From Nemertoderma westbladi (lineage: Eukaryota; Animalia; Xenacoelomorpha), in the NCBI GenBank assembly GCA_032718475.1, contig JAUCBJ010006143.1, forward strand, positions 1 through 64,000: a stretch of 64,000 bases of DNA, in the 5' to 3' direction. A program made the position numbers and the translations under genes. Below, in pieces: positions 26,180 through 39,348 of the stretch. The notes beneath the pieces were generated by a model. That model did not search any database. It saw nothing but the letters and a program-made list of their open reading frames with translations, and had not been told where the DNA came from. Numbering within the stretch: the first letter of the stretch is position 1; every line of letters begins with the position of its first letter.

Positions 26180-27212
26180 AAATATAAGTTGTAAGCAGAT
26201 CATTTATGGACTTAATTTAAAAGAATTAAAAAATCAATTAACTGGTAAAATTGTACTCAAACCTAATCAGTTTATATATAAGGTATTTGGTGCAACCATA
26301 TTAATGTTTACACGAAGTGGGGACTTCGCGCAGCACGAAGTTGGCAGAGCCTTAGCGAATTGACACTGTTAGGGGGTAGGTCAATTTATGCAAATAGTCA
26401 CGTTGGCCCTCTAGCGGCAGACTGGAGAACTGCAGATGGATTTGCCTCCTTTGAAAGTCACAGCTAATGGTCTAATACATGTCTGCCAAGTTTCAGCTTA
26501 AACGGATTAAAAGCAAAGAAATGGGAGGGCATTTAATGTTTAGACATGTGGCCCTCTAGCGGGAGACCATTGCACTGATGGTGTCTGAAAGTCTCTCAAA
26601 AATCTCAACTTTTGCTCATATTGATACCTACAAATTTTCAACTTGGCAGCTTTAAATCCGACAAAGTTATTAGCATGTCAAAATCGTAACGACGACGACA
26701 ACGACGACGACAACGACGACGACGACGACAACGACGACGACAACTATTTGCATAAATTGACCCACCCCCTAACAGTGTCAATTCGCTAAGGCTCCGCCAA
26801 CTTCGTGGCTCGCCCCACAAATGGTCGAATAACAATTCTCAGTAGAAAATATAATTTTAATAAAGTGAAAAAGCATATATTCGAAAAAACAAACATTAAT
26901 TTGATTTTTAAATCAATCAATTTGTGTACTTATATTTTTAGTATAGATACCGTAATTTATAGGTTACTTATAAACAATATCGGGTTTTATGTTATATTTG
27001 ATAATGTTAAACTAGAAATTTCATACGACCCTGAAATATTCAATAACTGTAAAATCAGAATAAAAAATAATGTTGTTGTTTGCTGTTTCTACACTGGTAA
27101 ATGTACATTAATGTGTTACCCGTTTAAATTTCATATATATTATCCTATATTCAACAAACTGGTTAATAATTTATTATTGTTTGGTGCGAGGGTTTTTTGT
27201 TGTAAAATATAA
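26157..27212 (+). pseudogene. TATA-binding-protein-like gene interrupted by a Helentron-like insertion
   Basis: Removing 26313-26816 joins ..ATILMFT|NGRITILS; second repeat ISYDPEIFNNCKIR..VVCCFYTGKCTLM resembles TBP SYEPELFPGLIYR..VLLIFVSGKVVLTG. Confidence 0.7.
26313..26816 (-). mobile_element. Non-autonomous Helentron/DINE-like element, copy 1
   Basis: ~65-bp subterminal inverted repeats, internal (GTC)n microsatellite, near-identical copy at 47583-48112; both inserted at ACAA/TTGT. Confidence 0.65.
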
Positions 27213-29419
27213 TTAGTGCGAGTGAAATTTATTGTTGTTGTTGCTGTTTGGTGGTGGAGATTTTTACTGTAAAATATATATATTAAATTGGCAGGAAAAA
27301 ATTTTTTATGAATATTTTATTTAAAATCAACAACTAGTTTGAGAGGAAATTAACTAACTAACTTTAGTAGAGTAATTTCTTGTAACACACAAGTAGGCAT
27401 AGTATACTCAGGGGCCATAGCTAGCTAGCTAGCTAACTAAGCATTGTTGCTCACGAGTGAGCTACAATAGCGCATCTGTTACTTATGAGTGTGCGTGTGT
27501 GCAGCAGCCAACGCTAAGCTCAGCGAGAAAAGATTAGGGCTATGTGCTGGTATTCATAGTCAAAGACGAGGTCATCCTATCTGTTACTAGTCTGTATACC
27601 GGTACATATTATTAAAACATCGGCTATGCATCTACCTACATTCAGAATAGAACAATGAACAGTGCATATATCGCTAATCCGCATGGGAAAGGTTTATGTT
27701 CTACATTTTGTTAACTATGTGAATTTTGTAATGTAAACATCTGCGACCCACTACAAAAATATATATAAACTCAATTTTCAAACAATGAACTATAATTTTG
27801 TTAACCAAAATAAGAAAAAAATAAAAATACCGGTATACTGTATCCACCCTGTCTGTTACCCTTAGACTATATATATATATAAACCTAAACTAACCTGAGA
27901 CAGCAAGAAGATGACTTTTGCTTATTAACAACCGTTCGTTGAAAAGCAACATAAAGTTTGATTTCGAGAGCGAGGATACTTTTGTATCATCATCAAACGT
28001 ATCTGATTTGGAAATCAGATACAATAATAAAAAATTTGAAATCGGATTTACCAATATCATCAATCACAAACATGGAGTAACAAAGTTAGAGACTACGAAA
28101 AACTTTACTTTGAATATAAGAATAAATCCTGGATCAGAAGAAGAAGAAGAAGTTACCGGTAATCAAAACAAATTAATACCAGCAACTCTACAAGAGAATT
28201 GGAAAACAGAGACCGCCGCAACTATACCAGAACCGGCAGAGACTATTTAGAAAGAAATTAAACTTGCAATGCCTACCTGTAATAATAATAGGCCTAATCA
28301 TCAACATTTTTCATAGTTGGATACTGGTATCTAACTAGTACACCTGTACACCTGTACACTCATACTCATTTCTGCATTTATAAAGTAGGCCTAAATGTTA
28401 CCAGTCTGTGTATGTCTATATTAATATGTAATTTAATTTAAAAAGCGGACACATAAATAAATAAATAAACTAACTAACTATGTTTTATATAGTCCCGTCA
28501 ACATAGATTGAATGTTAGTAACAGAGAATGTGGTGGATTTTATATAGGCTTAGTTAGGTATACTGCGAGCCACACCTATTGTATCCGAGTGGAGCCTTTA
28601 TATGACTGGTTGAATGAAGGGGTTCCTGACTGTGTGTTCTAAAGGTTAACGGTATAGCATACAACATACTGTCATAAAGTGAATGTTGAAAGTTAGTAAC
28701 AGAGGGTGCGAGGGGATTTTATAGGCCCAATAGCGCTACCGGTACCTAACCATGCCTATTGTGTGTGTGAGCTAGTCATTAGGCCTATATGCCTAACCGA
28801 ATGAAAGTGTACCTTACCTATCCGCGAGTACTAAAGGTTAACCGTAAACCATATTGGGTCAACATTCGAAAAAGGGCCCCGCATAAAGTTAACTATAGCT
28901 GTATAGGCTTACCTATGCGACAGTAGTAGCCCGCAGTAATGTAGATTAGACCAATTAAAGTTGTAAACAGAAAATTGGAAGCATTCAAGTGTAATTGTGT
29001 AATCCTTAAATCAAAGAAACCGGTATGCCCTTGCTCTATCCTCAAGTACCGGTATACAGTTACAAAAGTGCTATAGGGCCGCCGGTACCAGTAGGCCTAT
29101 TGTTAGGAGGGCCTCTCTAATGCGGCATTCACGAACCCTCCATGTTGAGTTAATTTAATTTTATTATTTAGTAAGTAACGCTAAAGCGTTGTGGTTGCTG
29201 TCAGTCTAGAAGGGTGCCATTCTGCCATTCTATATGTCTGTATGTGTAAAGTCAGCTAGCTACTGGTAGTTAAACTCTGATACAACAACGGGCTACCGGT
29301 AGGTGTGGTGTGTTTGTGAGTGTAAACAGCGATATAAAAAAAGATTTTAATGTTTTTATTATTTTTATTGACATTAAAACAAATATATTATCCCATCACA
29401 TTACATGCTTAGAGTAAAC

Positions 29420-30023
29420 CTACTGTAAGAGTACATCTTCCACCGCAGTTATTTCTTTCTGTTTATCATCATCATCAGTCACAGTTAAACGCTTTCTCAC
29501 GAAAAAGCGTTTCATCACATACCCACCGACGCGTTTTGCTGAGCAGTACCGCAGACAGTTATCCCTTGTGTTTAAGTGGAACGCACATTTATTTTCTACT
29601 GTAGTAAATTGATCGTGGAAACGACAAGGGGTTAAATAATCGTGATATCGCTCATATATTCCCAATTTCTCCATCGAATTTGGTGCGAGAACATCAAGTT
29701 GGGTGTTTAATATTGCCTGCTTCATCAACCCAAATACATATATTTTTTTTATATTTTAAATGTCTCTTCATGTATTTTTTAAAGTCCTCTTGCGAAATGT
29801 CACCGTAGTCCCAGGGTAAATGAGAAGTCATGTCCCGTAAATTGTTTACGTGGGCTACATCTAATGCTGATAATTTAATATTAGGGGGGCCTTTAATTAA
29901 AAACGTCTTTACATTAGTTTTGGTGTAATTAGAATCGAATATAGCAAATTCTTTAAATACTACTTGATACTCTTTATTGTCTATCGTATAGTATTGAAAA
30001 TCAACAAAAATAATATTATCCAT
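29420..30023 (-). pseudogene. Polinton DEDD-exonuclease-like accessory gene, frameshifted
   Basis: IIFVDFQ..VVFKEFAI, LPWDYGDI and C-terminal C..H..C motif; a gene type common in animal Polintons. Confidence 0.55.
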
Positions 30024-30054
30024 TTTATCTGATAAACAAAAGTTAAATGATTAA

Positions 30055-30507
30055 TTACAACGTTTGTTGGTTTAATTTATAATAATTAACAAGCCATTTA
30101 TATAATATTATTTCATTTATTTCCACATTATTTGTAAACGCACTCATTGGATAGATTGTGTGAATACGATTTACCAAATAATAAAGACAGTATAGACCGC
30201 ATGTCGTTCGTCTAGGGTCTTGAAATTGTTTGCGTGTAGTACGCCACCTCGCTGAATTTTTCTCAAGCCATTTTTCGATACATCTGTTTGGATATTTTGG
30301 TCCAAACGAGTCAAATACTTCGGCTTCATTATCTCGTATATATATTGCGATCCAATGAATCCCAGGAAGATGCTCTTTATCGGTATTTCCTATTAACCCA
30401 TAATCTCTCCGCTTATTATTATCTAATTTAGGTAATTTGTTAGCTGGAAACGCTCCCAAATAGTGACCACCCACTGGAAACATATCAAGGTCCTCTGTAG
30501 ATAACAT
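30055..30507 (-). CDS. Adenain-like cysteine maturation protease
   Basis: GAFPAN, NTD..PGIHWIAI, FDSFG, Q..TTCGLYC. Confidence 0.92.
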   Translation of the reverse strand: MLSTEDLDMFPVGGHYLGAFPANKLPKLDNNKRRDYGLIGNTDKEHLPGIHWIAIYIRDNEAEVFDSFGPKYPNRCIEKWLEKNSARWRTTRKQFQDPRRTTCGLYCLYYLVNRIHTIYPMSAFTNNVEINEIILYKWLVNYYKLNQQTL

Positions 30508-30975
30508 ACTTAATCGATATGTATTTCTTTCCTGCTATTTGAACTTAATGATTGATCATAAATATTAAAAACGATTACATTTATGGTCTCAACCAACGGT
30601 TCGGCAAATCTTAATTTTAATTGTCCGTTAGTATATATCGATGGCTGCGGATCTCTAACATAGCCGTCAGCTGTTAGGTCCCAGGATAGGAGGGGGCAAT
30701 TACCTAAGTAGGTTTCATGGTCTATATTATTACCCCCATAACTGTTAATATATGTATAAATGTTTTTCATTAATTGAGTATACTCAAAAATATATGTTCC
30801 ATCTGTAAAATTAGGCTCGTATATTACACCACCTACTGGAAGACCATCTACAATCAGTTCCGCGCGTCTAAGATTAAAATGTTCAAATTTCAAGGGGTTA
30901 CTAATTAATTCTCCCGAATAAGCGTTATTTGTTATAAAACCAATAATAACTAATTTGGGTTTTTTACCATTAAAT

Positions 30976-32311
30976 GTGGCTGGCCACGAGAAAAGGGACC
31001 TTATGTCACCGGAGGTCGATTTTGAGTTATTAGGCCTATGAGATGCAGAATTTTCCAGAGATTCTAACAAATAAAACGGTGTGTCAATATCTATTTCCAA
31101 TAAAAAGTTATAGCGATTTATGTGAAGGTGAAACGGGTAGTTTTAATTTTATTAATAGCGGTTATAATAAGCGATTATAAAAAAAAATGGAAAATATTAA
31201 TAATATCATAGCAATTCTTACTATATAATTAGGCAGCTCAATGTTATTCGGCTTTTTATACAACTTTTAACACTTTGAAACTATTAATATTGTTCATGAA
31301 CTATTTTAAAAAATTTTTTGCACAATTTTCAAAAAAAAACATGTCACCGAAAAAATTTTTTTTTTTTAATTTGATATTTTTTCAAAAAGATAAATATTTT
31401 TAACAAAATTTAAAATTATTTGTATTTTGAATTCTTTATTGGGATTACAAAATTTAAGAACTAACAAAGATAAATTAAGAAAATGACAGCCATATTGCAT
31501 TTAAAAAATAACTGTAAGCCTACAGTACCTACATACTACAGTAGTACAGTAACGCTTTCAAATAACGTCCTATTGGATCCTAATAGGATCCTAATAGGAA
31601 ATAAATAACCTTTAGGAAATCACTTGGAATTTGCCTAATGTAAGTCTACCTAGAGCGGCTAAATATCAAAGCTTAGAAGTATCTGTCAATCAACCTCCCG
31701 GGATAGCTGAAAGTAGTAGTAGCTTTGTCTAGTGGTTGAGTTGTATTTCCCTTCCCCTGACTTATCTTACAACAACGATACTCCCCATAGGCTAATGTTA
31801 AATATGCAAAGTACACACTACTGGCTTTAACTCAACATCTGGACATATTAACTACCATACAGTAAAGGTATCGCCGCTTGTGTAAAATAGGCCCGCCAAC
31901 ACGTTGAGTGAGCCTCAACAAGTAGTTGGGCTGCTAAAGCGTAATCTGATTGTATTCGGACGTCAAATTTTTAAAAATTTTATTTAAATTATTGTGTGAA
32001 CTTTTTAGATCTGGCGATTTTACCATTTCCATGGTATAATAAATATAATTTATAATTAATATTTATATCAATATGCCAAGATGTTAAGTTTGTTACAAAC
32101 CACTAAACTCCGTTAATTCCTGTAGGATGTTATGTCATTTACTTTTCGTAGCGGTTGCGATACGGATTGTGACATGTTGCGGAATCTGGTTGGAGAGTGT
32201 AATGTGCTCTGTGGGTGTTATGTTTAAATACGGAACTTGTGTGTTTCAGTAAAATATAGCATTCAATATTACAGTTTATCTTCAATATTACAGTTTATCT
32301 ATGTCGGGAAG

Positions 32312-32345
<34 letters not shown>

Positions 32346-33474
32346 CTATAGTCCCTAGCCCTCCTTGGGGACTAATCAATGACTTACTATTGGCCGAACG
32401 GATATTTAACTACACAATGAGATACAGAGAGTTAGGCAGTAAGTGGGCTGCTAATAATTAATAGCCCATATTTATTTTTAAGACTATAATAATAATTTAA
32501 CACCCAATTATCTACCCCTGTACACCTCTTACAGCAAGCAGTGTTTGTCTAGTCAATGTAATGTCAATGTGTATAGGAAATAACAATTTCCCGTGGATAA
32601 CATACATTTATTTAGTCGCCCAGTTTTAGCCCCTGTCTAATTATTAATTAAACTAATATATGAAAATAAACTAATATTTATTCTATTAATAATTACACAA
32701 ACATTATTTTTTACTCTTTATTACTTAAAATATGTTTAATAGTAATAAATACAGTGTGTGGTCCTACATTTATTTGTAAGTTCAATACAATTTTAAATTA
32801 TTCCAAAGCCCACCAGCCCACGGACATTAACTACGTGCGGATGTGTGTGGATTTCATCTATTAGAGTTTATATTTTAAATATTATTTACGTCAGAGGCTG
32901 GCAATACAAGGTACAGTAGGAGGAGTGTAATCTTCCATCCTTAATGATTGACAGGATAGAGAAGAAGTAGACCAGCACAAGCATAGTCTGATTCACTCCA
33001 CCTTCCAGACATCAAAGTAAGCGCCGATTTCCAAGTAAATTCCTAATGAAATCCAAGTCAAATCCTAAGTGCCTCCAAGTCTGGAATTTGGGCTAAATTT
33101 CATTTCCAATTAAATCCTAACTCCAATAGTAGTGAATCAGTGACTTGGATTCTATTAGGATCCTATTAGGAACCAATACGACGTTATTTGAAAGCGGTAC
33201 TGTACAATTACAATTTATTACAGTTCTAAATTCAGACATGAAAACCCTAAGACAGTGGGATATAGAATACTGCAACATCTTATATTGCTTCCTGTAATTA
33301 GTTATTTCCTAGGTATATTGAATATCAGAACCAATTTGAATTTCCCTCATCGTTTTATACATTTCTAAATTGATAATCCAATTAAATTTGTTCAAAAATA
33401 GAGGGAAACTTTAAACGCGATTATCTCAGAACCAGGTTTTGCAACATAAGGTCCCTTTTCTCGTGGCCAGCCAC
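30976..33474. mobile_element. Non-autonomous DNA transposon, Sola1-like
   Basis: 31-bp TIR GTGGCTGGCCACGAGAAAAGGGACCTTATGT, 4-bp TSD AAAT (AWWT). Confidence 0.8.
31547..33202. mobile_element. Tc1/mariner-like non-autonomous element nested in the Sola-like element
   Basis: TIR CAGTA(A/C)CGCTTTCAAATAACGTC..., TA TSD. Confidence 0.8.
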
Positions 33475-34300
33475 AAATATGTTTGTTTGAGTGTAATTTG
33501 TGGTTTGTGCTGGAATAGTAAATGTTGTCACCTCCTTTTTTTGGAATTGATATTTAATATCGTAACTCTCTAAACCTTTTAGGTGACTGCTTTCTATTAC
33601 TGGATTAACCTCCATTCTAGGGATTAGGATCTTTACTTCATCTAATTCTAGCCGAAGATTTGTCACAGCGTTTGCGTTTGGAGTGATTTTAAAAATAAAC
33701 GAATTTGATACTTTTCTAAAATGCATTCTTAAATCATACCCAGGTTGTATTATTTTACTTTCAGTATCAAAATCAATCGTCAATCCGCTTACAAATTGCA
33801 TTTGTTTACTAAAGGCATCGCCAATAGGATGCGCGCCGGGATTATTTTCATTTCCGTGTTCGGATAAAGGCTGACGAAAGCCGCCAGCCCCCAGTAACCC
33901 ATTTTTATCCTCGTAATTGGTAAATAATAAATTGGATAAGTACGACTTGTAGAAATAATTGTTATTGCTATTTTCAACCTGCTTCTCATTAAGGTCTATT
34001 TTAATATCACTCCACATAGTCCCAGAATGGTAATTCAGCATATATATATGGGAGTTTTCAAGTCGTCTATCCCATCGTACAGTACATTTTGTAATTAATA
34101 ACGCATCTTGCAGTTTTGTATAGAATTCATTGGATCTTGGTACAAGGAACGTGACCTCCCTAGATTCACTTCGGAGATTAGATACGGGGTAAATTGTTTC
34201 ATAATGCTTTGCTTTAAATTCAGTCTGTATTGGCTGTGTAGAAAATAAATCTAATTCCTTAGTAATTGACATTATTAATAAATACTTTTTTCGCAGTGTT

Positions 34301-34840
34301 TCAGTTTGCATTTTTTATTTTTCTATTTTTACTACGACGATGAGGTATGTTCATAGACATTGGTCTAGTTGGTCGCTTTAAATCTCTATAAACTTTTTCT
34401 ACAACCGACCTTGTTGATGGTTTCATTTTATTTAATGCTTTATTAATAACCGTATTAGCCTGCTGATGTAAGACCCGCTTACCTATTGGTATTACGTGTT
34501 GTCTCATAAATTTTGTGGTAAATGGTAAAGCTTTTTGTAAAACTTTTTTTGCTAATGGCTTACCAAATTTTTTCAATGTAGATAAAGCGTCTGTAAATAT
34601 ACCTTCCCCGTGTTGATTTGTCCTCATACCTCTACGATAACGTTGAAATCGACGTTGTTTTAAGTTTGGACCAAATGCACCAATTTGTTGACCGTAAGGG
34701 TCAATATATGAACCACCACGAAAAACAGGGACTTGCGTCGAACCTCTGGTACTTCTTCCACCTTTAAAAACAGCAAGATTAGAGTCTGCACCACCCCCAT
34801 ATTGAGGTTTACTGTATCTTTGAATTAAATCGGAATCCAT
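34301..34840 (-). CDS. Basic Polinton virion core protein with QxGxG protease-site motifs
   Basis: QYGGG, FRGG, QHGEGIF followed by an amphipathic Lys-rich helix; lies between mCP and MCP. Confidence 0.7.
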   Translation of the reverse strand: MDSDLIQRYSKPQYGGGADSNLAVFKGGRSTRGSTQVPVFRGGSYIDPYGQQIGAFGPNLKQRRFQRYRRGMRTNQHGEGIFTDALSTLKKFGKPLAKKVLQKALPFTTKFMRQHVIPIGKRVLHQQANTVINKALNKMKPSTRSVVEKVYRDLKRPTRPMSMNIPHRRSKNRKIKNAN

Positions 34841-34841
34841 T

Positions 34842-35675
34842 TTAATTTATTTTTTTAAAGTGTAATGTAATAGATGTTGTCCCGTATTCAAAATTTAAAT
34901 CTTTTCCTTCTTTGTCTGTTATTTCAATATGAATGTATGTTATCTTATATGATTTTTTTACAGGGATATAATGAATTGTATCCTTGGCAAATTCTTTATT
35001 TATTACACTACCATATTTCACGTCATCAGGTATCGCCACGCGACGAAGTAAAGCTAAGCCAAAATCATTAATATATTCATTTTCAATTATATTAGTAGTC
35101 ACGTACATGTTCGATTTAGGTTCTGGAATAGAGTTGGGTGGTTGAGGACATAAAAATACCATCTGGTAAGTTTTTTCTTCATTTCCTATAATCTTTATTA
35201 AATAACCCTTTATGTTATTTTTCGTCTTCAAAATAATTTTAAAATTTGGATTTAAATTCGCACCGAGATTATTTTCAGTAATTCCAAAATAATAGGCTAA
35301 TTGTTGACCTATAAATAACTCTCGTACAGTTTTCCCTAAAATAAATTGCAATCTATTTTGCTGAGTATTTTCAACTATTTGTAATTTATCTTTCAGCGTG
35401 CCGGTGTTAAAATAATCTATAATGTCATTGATACTGTAGAACAAGCCGGATGGAAGTGTATCCTCAAAAATTTTTTTCCCTTTTTTTAATAAAATAACAT
35501 TCTCTACATTGTTATACATGGACGGTAACGTGGCTAAGTAAAATATACTTTTTATACCTACCACCCAGTTTTTGTTTGGATTTTTAGGTAAGGCACCATG
35601 AAAATTTATCTGATAATTACTGGCGGGGAAAATCAACTGGACAGGAGTTACTTGGTAGCCTAACATAGAATTCAT
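34842..35675 (-). CDS. Minor capsid (penton, PX-like) protein, paralog 2
   Basis: WVVGIKSIFY, GLFYSINDII, MYVTTNII..LLRRV..HYIPV..IEITDKEG..FEYGTTSITLHFK. Confidence 0.8.
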   Translation of the reverse strand: MNSMLGYQVTPVQLIFPASNYQINFHGALPKNPNKNWVVGIKSIFYLATLPSMYNNVENVILLKKGKKIFEDTLPSGLFYSINDIIDYFNTGTLKDKLQIVENTQQNRLQFILGKTVRELFIGQQLAYYFGITENNLGANLNPNFKIILKTKNNIKGYLIKIIGNEEKTYQMVFLCPQPPNSIPEPKSNMYVTTNIIENEYINDFGLALLRRVAIPDDVKYGSVINKEFAKDTIHYIPVKKSYKITYIHIEITDKEGKDLNFEYGTTSITLHFKKIN

Positions 35676-36557
35676 CCATTAGCACCACCGCGTATTAACT
35701 TAAGTGTTATAACAGTGCGACCCCCGTTAAAATTAATTAATTCGCCTTGGTCGTCACGTAAAGTAATTAATATTGTTTTTAGTTTTTTATTCAACAACGG
35801 GTAATAGCAAATGCTCTCGTATTCGTGATTAATATATTTTCGATTTAATTGTGTTAAAGGACAGGTTCTTAAGAGCGGTGCTAAAGCGTCGCCAACAAAT
35901 GAGCTCTCAATAATATCTGTGTATATGAATATTGTATCTTTATTACGAGTTATATTCGTGGGAGCTGGAAAATCTAAAATTCCAATTTCCGAAATTTTTG
36001 GTCCACTATAATTTAAAATTAATATCGGCTGTTCTATATTGCTTAATTCATCCACTGTGGTGGTACTGTATATATCCCAATTCGGAATATCCGGATGATT
36101 CTGATCCAATAACAGTTTTAAGCCTAGAATTTGTATTAAATCACCACGTATACTTAATTGTATTTTTTTCAACTTTTTAGGAAATTTAAATCTTATTCTA
36201 CAATTATTTGTATTAAAAATGAATTCGAAATCTCTATATTTCGCTTCAGAATTAAACAGTTTATTTATATCATCAATAATGACTTGAATAGAGTTATGCA
36301 TACCGGGAAATAAACTGTATAATTTGGCATCTTTTGCATCTACCCCGATTGACAGCGAGATTTGAGTTTGCAGCGTAATATTACTGTATGTTGCTTGGTA
36401 TTGTAGCTCGGCAAGCCCAATTTTGGCGTTTGGACCAATATATAATTCTTCGGCTAAATCAACAGTAAACTCACTAGGATTATTGGGTCATTGGATCATT
36501 GGGATAAGTGTTCAATGAGCTATCTGAAAGTAGAGTGATATATGTATCTACAGCCAT
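35672..36557 (-). pseudogene. Minor capsid (penton, PX-like) protein, paralog 1; frameshifted near the N-terminus
   Basis: Start MAVDTYITLLSDSSLNTYPN..FTVDL..IGLAELQY (read by hand); C-terminus FIYTDIIESSFVGDALAPLLR..YYPL..ITLRDDQGELINF. Confidence 0.85.
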
Positions 36558-38181
36558 TATTATTATTATTTAAGCTCTCTCTACTTGACTCCTTTGTACA
36601 TACAGTATAATGTTAAATTATAGACATCTGTGACCACGTTCATTGTCATCTTCTACAGTATATGCGAGGGATCAATATTTTACTGGCTTTATTTAAAGCG
36701 AATGAACTATAGATATATAGTATAGTAATAATATCATTCGAGTTAATATTGATTAATTACGGACATATGTGACCAAAATGAATTAATATACAGTATAAAC
36801 CTAAGCTTATTGAATATGCTGTACCCACGACTGTTTCTTGGATCTGATGAATCGGACTAAATATTCTTTTTTCCCATTGCGCACACGTTCTTTAAGTTTG
36901 CCAATATTTTTGTCAATCGGAAGATAAATATTACTATTCGGGTGGACCTTTTGGAGTTCGTGAGAATAAAATGAGCCATTTATTATATCTCCGGCGCTGT
37001 CCTTAATATCGAACATTACCGCTGGTACTCTATCCAATCTGACTCGATGAATAATAAATAATTCACGTGTCCATTGTTCTCGATAGCCTTTAGCAAAAGC
37101 AGTACGAGCGATAGATAATCGTACTGTATCTCCAACTTTAAATTTTATTTTCTTGTGATTTATCTGTCTATATTTCCCATATAATCTATTCATTAATTCA
37201 GTTTCATTAAATTTATTAACTTCAATGGGCGTCATTTGTATAGTCCTATGATAAGACCTATTATAAGCTGAGATAAGCTTAGGTAAAATTTTTATCCAAA
37301 CATTATTTCCCCGTTGCGTAAAAATTTTGAACATCTTTGTTTTTAATGTTCTGTTGAATCTCTCGACAATAGCAGCCTTATTCACTAGGGGGGAGTGAAA
37401 AAAAATATTTTCTTTACTTTTAAGGGAAGCACTATTTTTCTGATGCCAAATCGGTCTAAACTAACTTTCCAAGAAATTTTTTTTGATTTTGAAAAATTCT
37501 AAGCGGGCCTCACGACACTTGAAAATTTCAAATTTTTGGGAATGGCAATGCCAGATTTGAAAATCCCAGATATTTTGTATTTTTGATAAAAGTTAAGGAA
37601 GATGCAAATATTTAATGTCAAATAGGTTGGAAACAAACACAAAATGTGAAATTGTGATTTTCATATAAATCTACCCCAGCCTCATGGCGTTTAAAATTTT
37701 GCAAAATTTGCCAAATATTTCACCCCAAAAATGCAGCAATCCTACTTCGTAGTCTCTATAGTTGAAATTGATTTACTGTGATTTGGAGTTCTACTTCCTG
37801 AGTGAAAACGAAGTCCCCTGATTTGATCACAACTATATTTCAATACTAGAAACCCAGCTAGCTGGCTGTGAATTTGCCATTGGATCAATTCCCAATAAGT
37901 ATATTATAAACAACAGTAGGCCTAGGTCTAGGAAGAAGGATAATTCTAAATTAGGAAAACACTAGTAAAACAGTGAAACACTAGAAAAACATATGAAAAA
38001 CACTGTAAAGCACACGGAAAACAGTAAAAATATTGATCAACAGGAAATTTATTACATGTATTACACTGCATTGGTAATCTTAAATGTACTCCTCGCATAG
38101 CACACATTAAGTAATCTCCGTAAAACATAGGGAAAACACTATAAACAAAAACGGTGAAATTTTTCCTATATTTCGCTAGAC

Positions 38182-38405
38182 GGCGGGGTAGCTCAATTGG
38201 CTGAGCGCCAGGCCTGCAATCTATTGGTTGTAGGTTTAGCCCCACCAGGGTCCACTCAGCCGCCTTTCATCCACTGGGGTCGATAAATTGAGTACCAGTT
38301 AAATAACTGGGAGCAAATCTGGGGATAATAGTATAGCGCCCACCCCTACCCTCGGTAGCATCTATCGAAAGAGGAGCCTTCGGGTCGCCTCAACTGTTTG
38401 TTTGA
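38182..38405 (+). mobile_element. tRNA(Cys)-derived SINE with Deu/Nin-like central domain
   Basis: GTAGCTCAATTGG A box, GCA anticodon, ACTCAGCC..TTTCATCC..GGTCGATAAATTGAGTACC core, (GTTT)n tail. Confidence 0.7.
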
Positions 38406-38847
38406 TATGCTGCTAATAATACTAGGTGAAATAAGAAATCAATCAGCATGCAGTTCAGCACTATCCTTGTTTTACTGGTCATCCAGTATTACCAGTGTTG
38501 CTGTATTCTGGTATTACATAGTCTATTCCAGTATTGTTAGTGTTAGATCAATTCATCTGCTAAATGTTGGCAGTTGAGTGCAGAAGTTGCGGAATTTATT
38601 ATTAAGGATACCATTAATACCAGAAAACCGAACTGACTAGAAAATCATGTGTGGGGTTCTAGATCTTTCATCCGCGCTTCTAACCACTCTGGTATGCCAC
38701 TTCACTACAGTATCTCTGTAGGCAGGACCTAATTGTGGCCCTCTTGCTGTCTTAATATTAAATACCGCAACATCTGCACTTTAACTGTTTAACATTTAGC
38801 AGATGACAAGATCCAACACTAACAATACTTGAATACTGGAATACACT

Positions 38848-39348
38848 GGAAAAATCCTGGAAAAAAATGGATACCATCTGGAAATCAGATCACTCCAGGC
38901 ACCTGAAGACCAAGTTCTTTCGAGCCACAGTGGAAAGTGTATTTTTATATGGGGGTGAGACCTGGACACTGACTAAATCACTTGAACAACGAATTGATGG
39001 TTGCTACACATGACTACTAAGGGCAGTCCTAAACATCAGCTGGAGACAACACATGACAAACGCCGAGCTTTATGGTACAATACCACCTGTATCAACCACC
39101 CTCCGTGAACGCAGATTAAGATTCAGTGGGCACTGCTGGCGAAGTAAAGACGAGGTCATACCAGATCTACTTCTCTGGCAACCAACTCATGGAAAGCGTA
39201 GTCGTGGACGACCTGCCATAACATATATAGATCAACTTGAAAGGGATACTGAACTTGGGAGAAACAAAATTGCGACAACTATGGAGAATCGGGAAGCCTG
39301 GAAGGATCTCATTTCCACTGTCCGAGTTTGCTCGACCTAGTAGTAGTA
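38848..39348 (+). mobile_element. 5'-truncated RTE-clade LINE fragment
   Basis: FRATVESVFLYGGETWTLT, RRLRFSGHCWR, GKRSRGRPAITYIDQLERD; (TAG)n tail; TSD GGAATACACT. Confidence 0.85.

Larger units (their letters stand above)
30510..34272 (-). pseudogene. Double jelly-roll major capsid protein (PY), split by a Sola-like insertion
   Basis: ELDLFSTQPIQ..IYPVS N-terminus; removing 30976-33478 restores TNIF|NGKKPKLVIIGF; NPLKFEHF, WDLT. Confidence 0.9.

Noticed and set aside
26638-26835. Arg/Cys-rich protamine-like ORF (also 47907-48116)
   Set aside because: Translation of a (GTC)n microsatellite in a non-autonomous element
32237-32461. Poly-Gly ORF
   Set aside because: Poly-G run inside a nested MITE
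38182-38255. Functional tRNA-Cys gene
   Set aside because: Degenerate T arm and continuation into a SINE body
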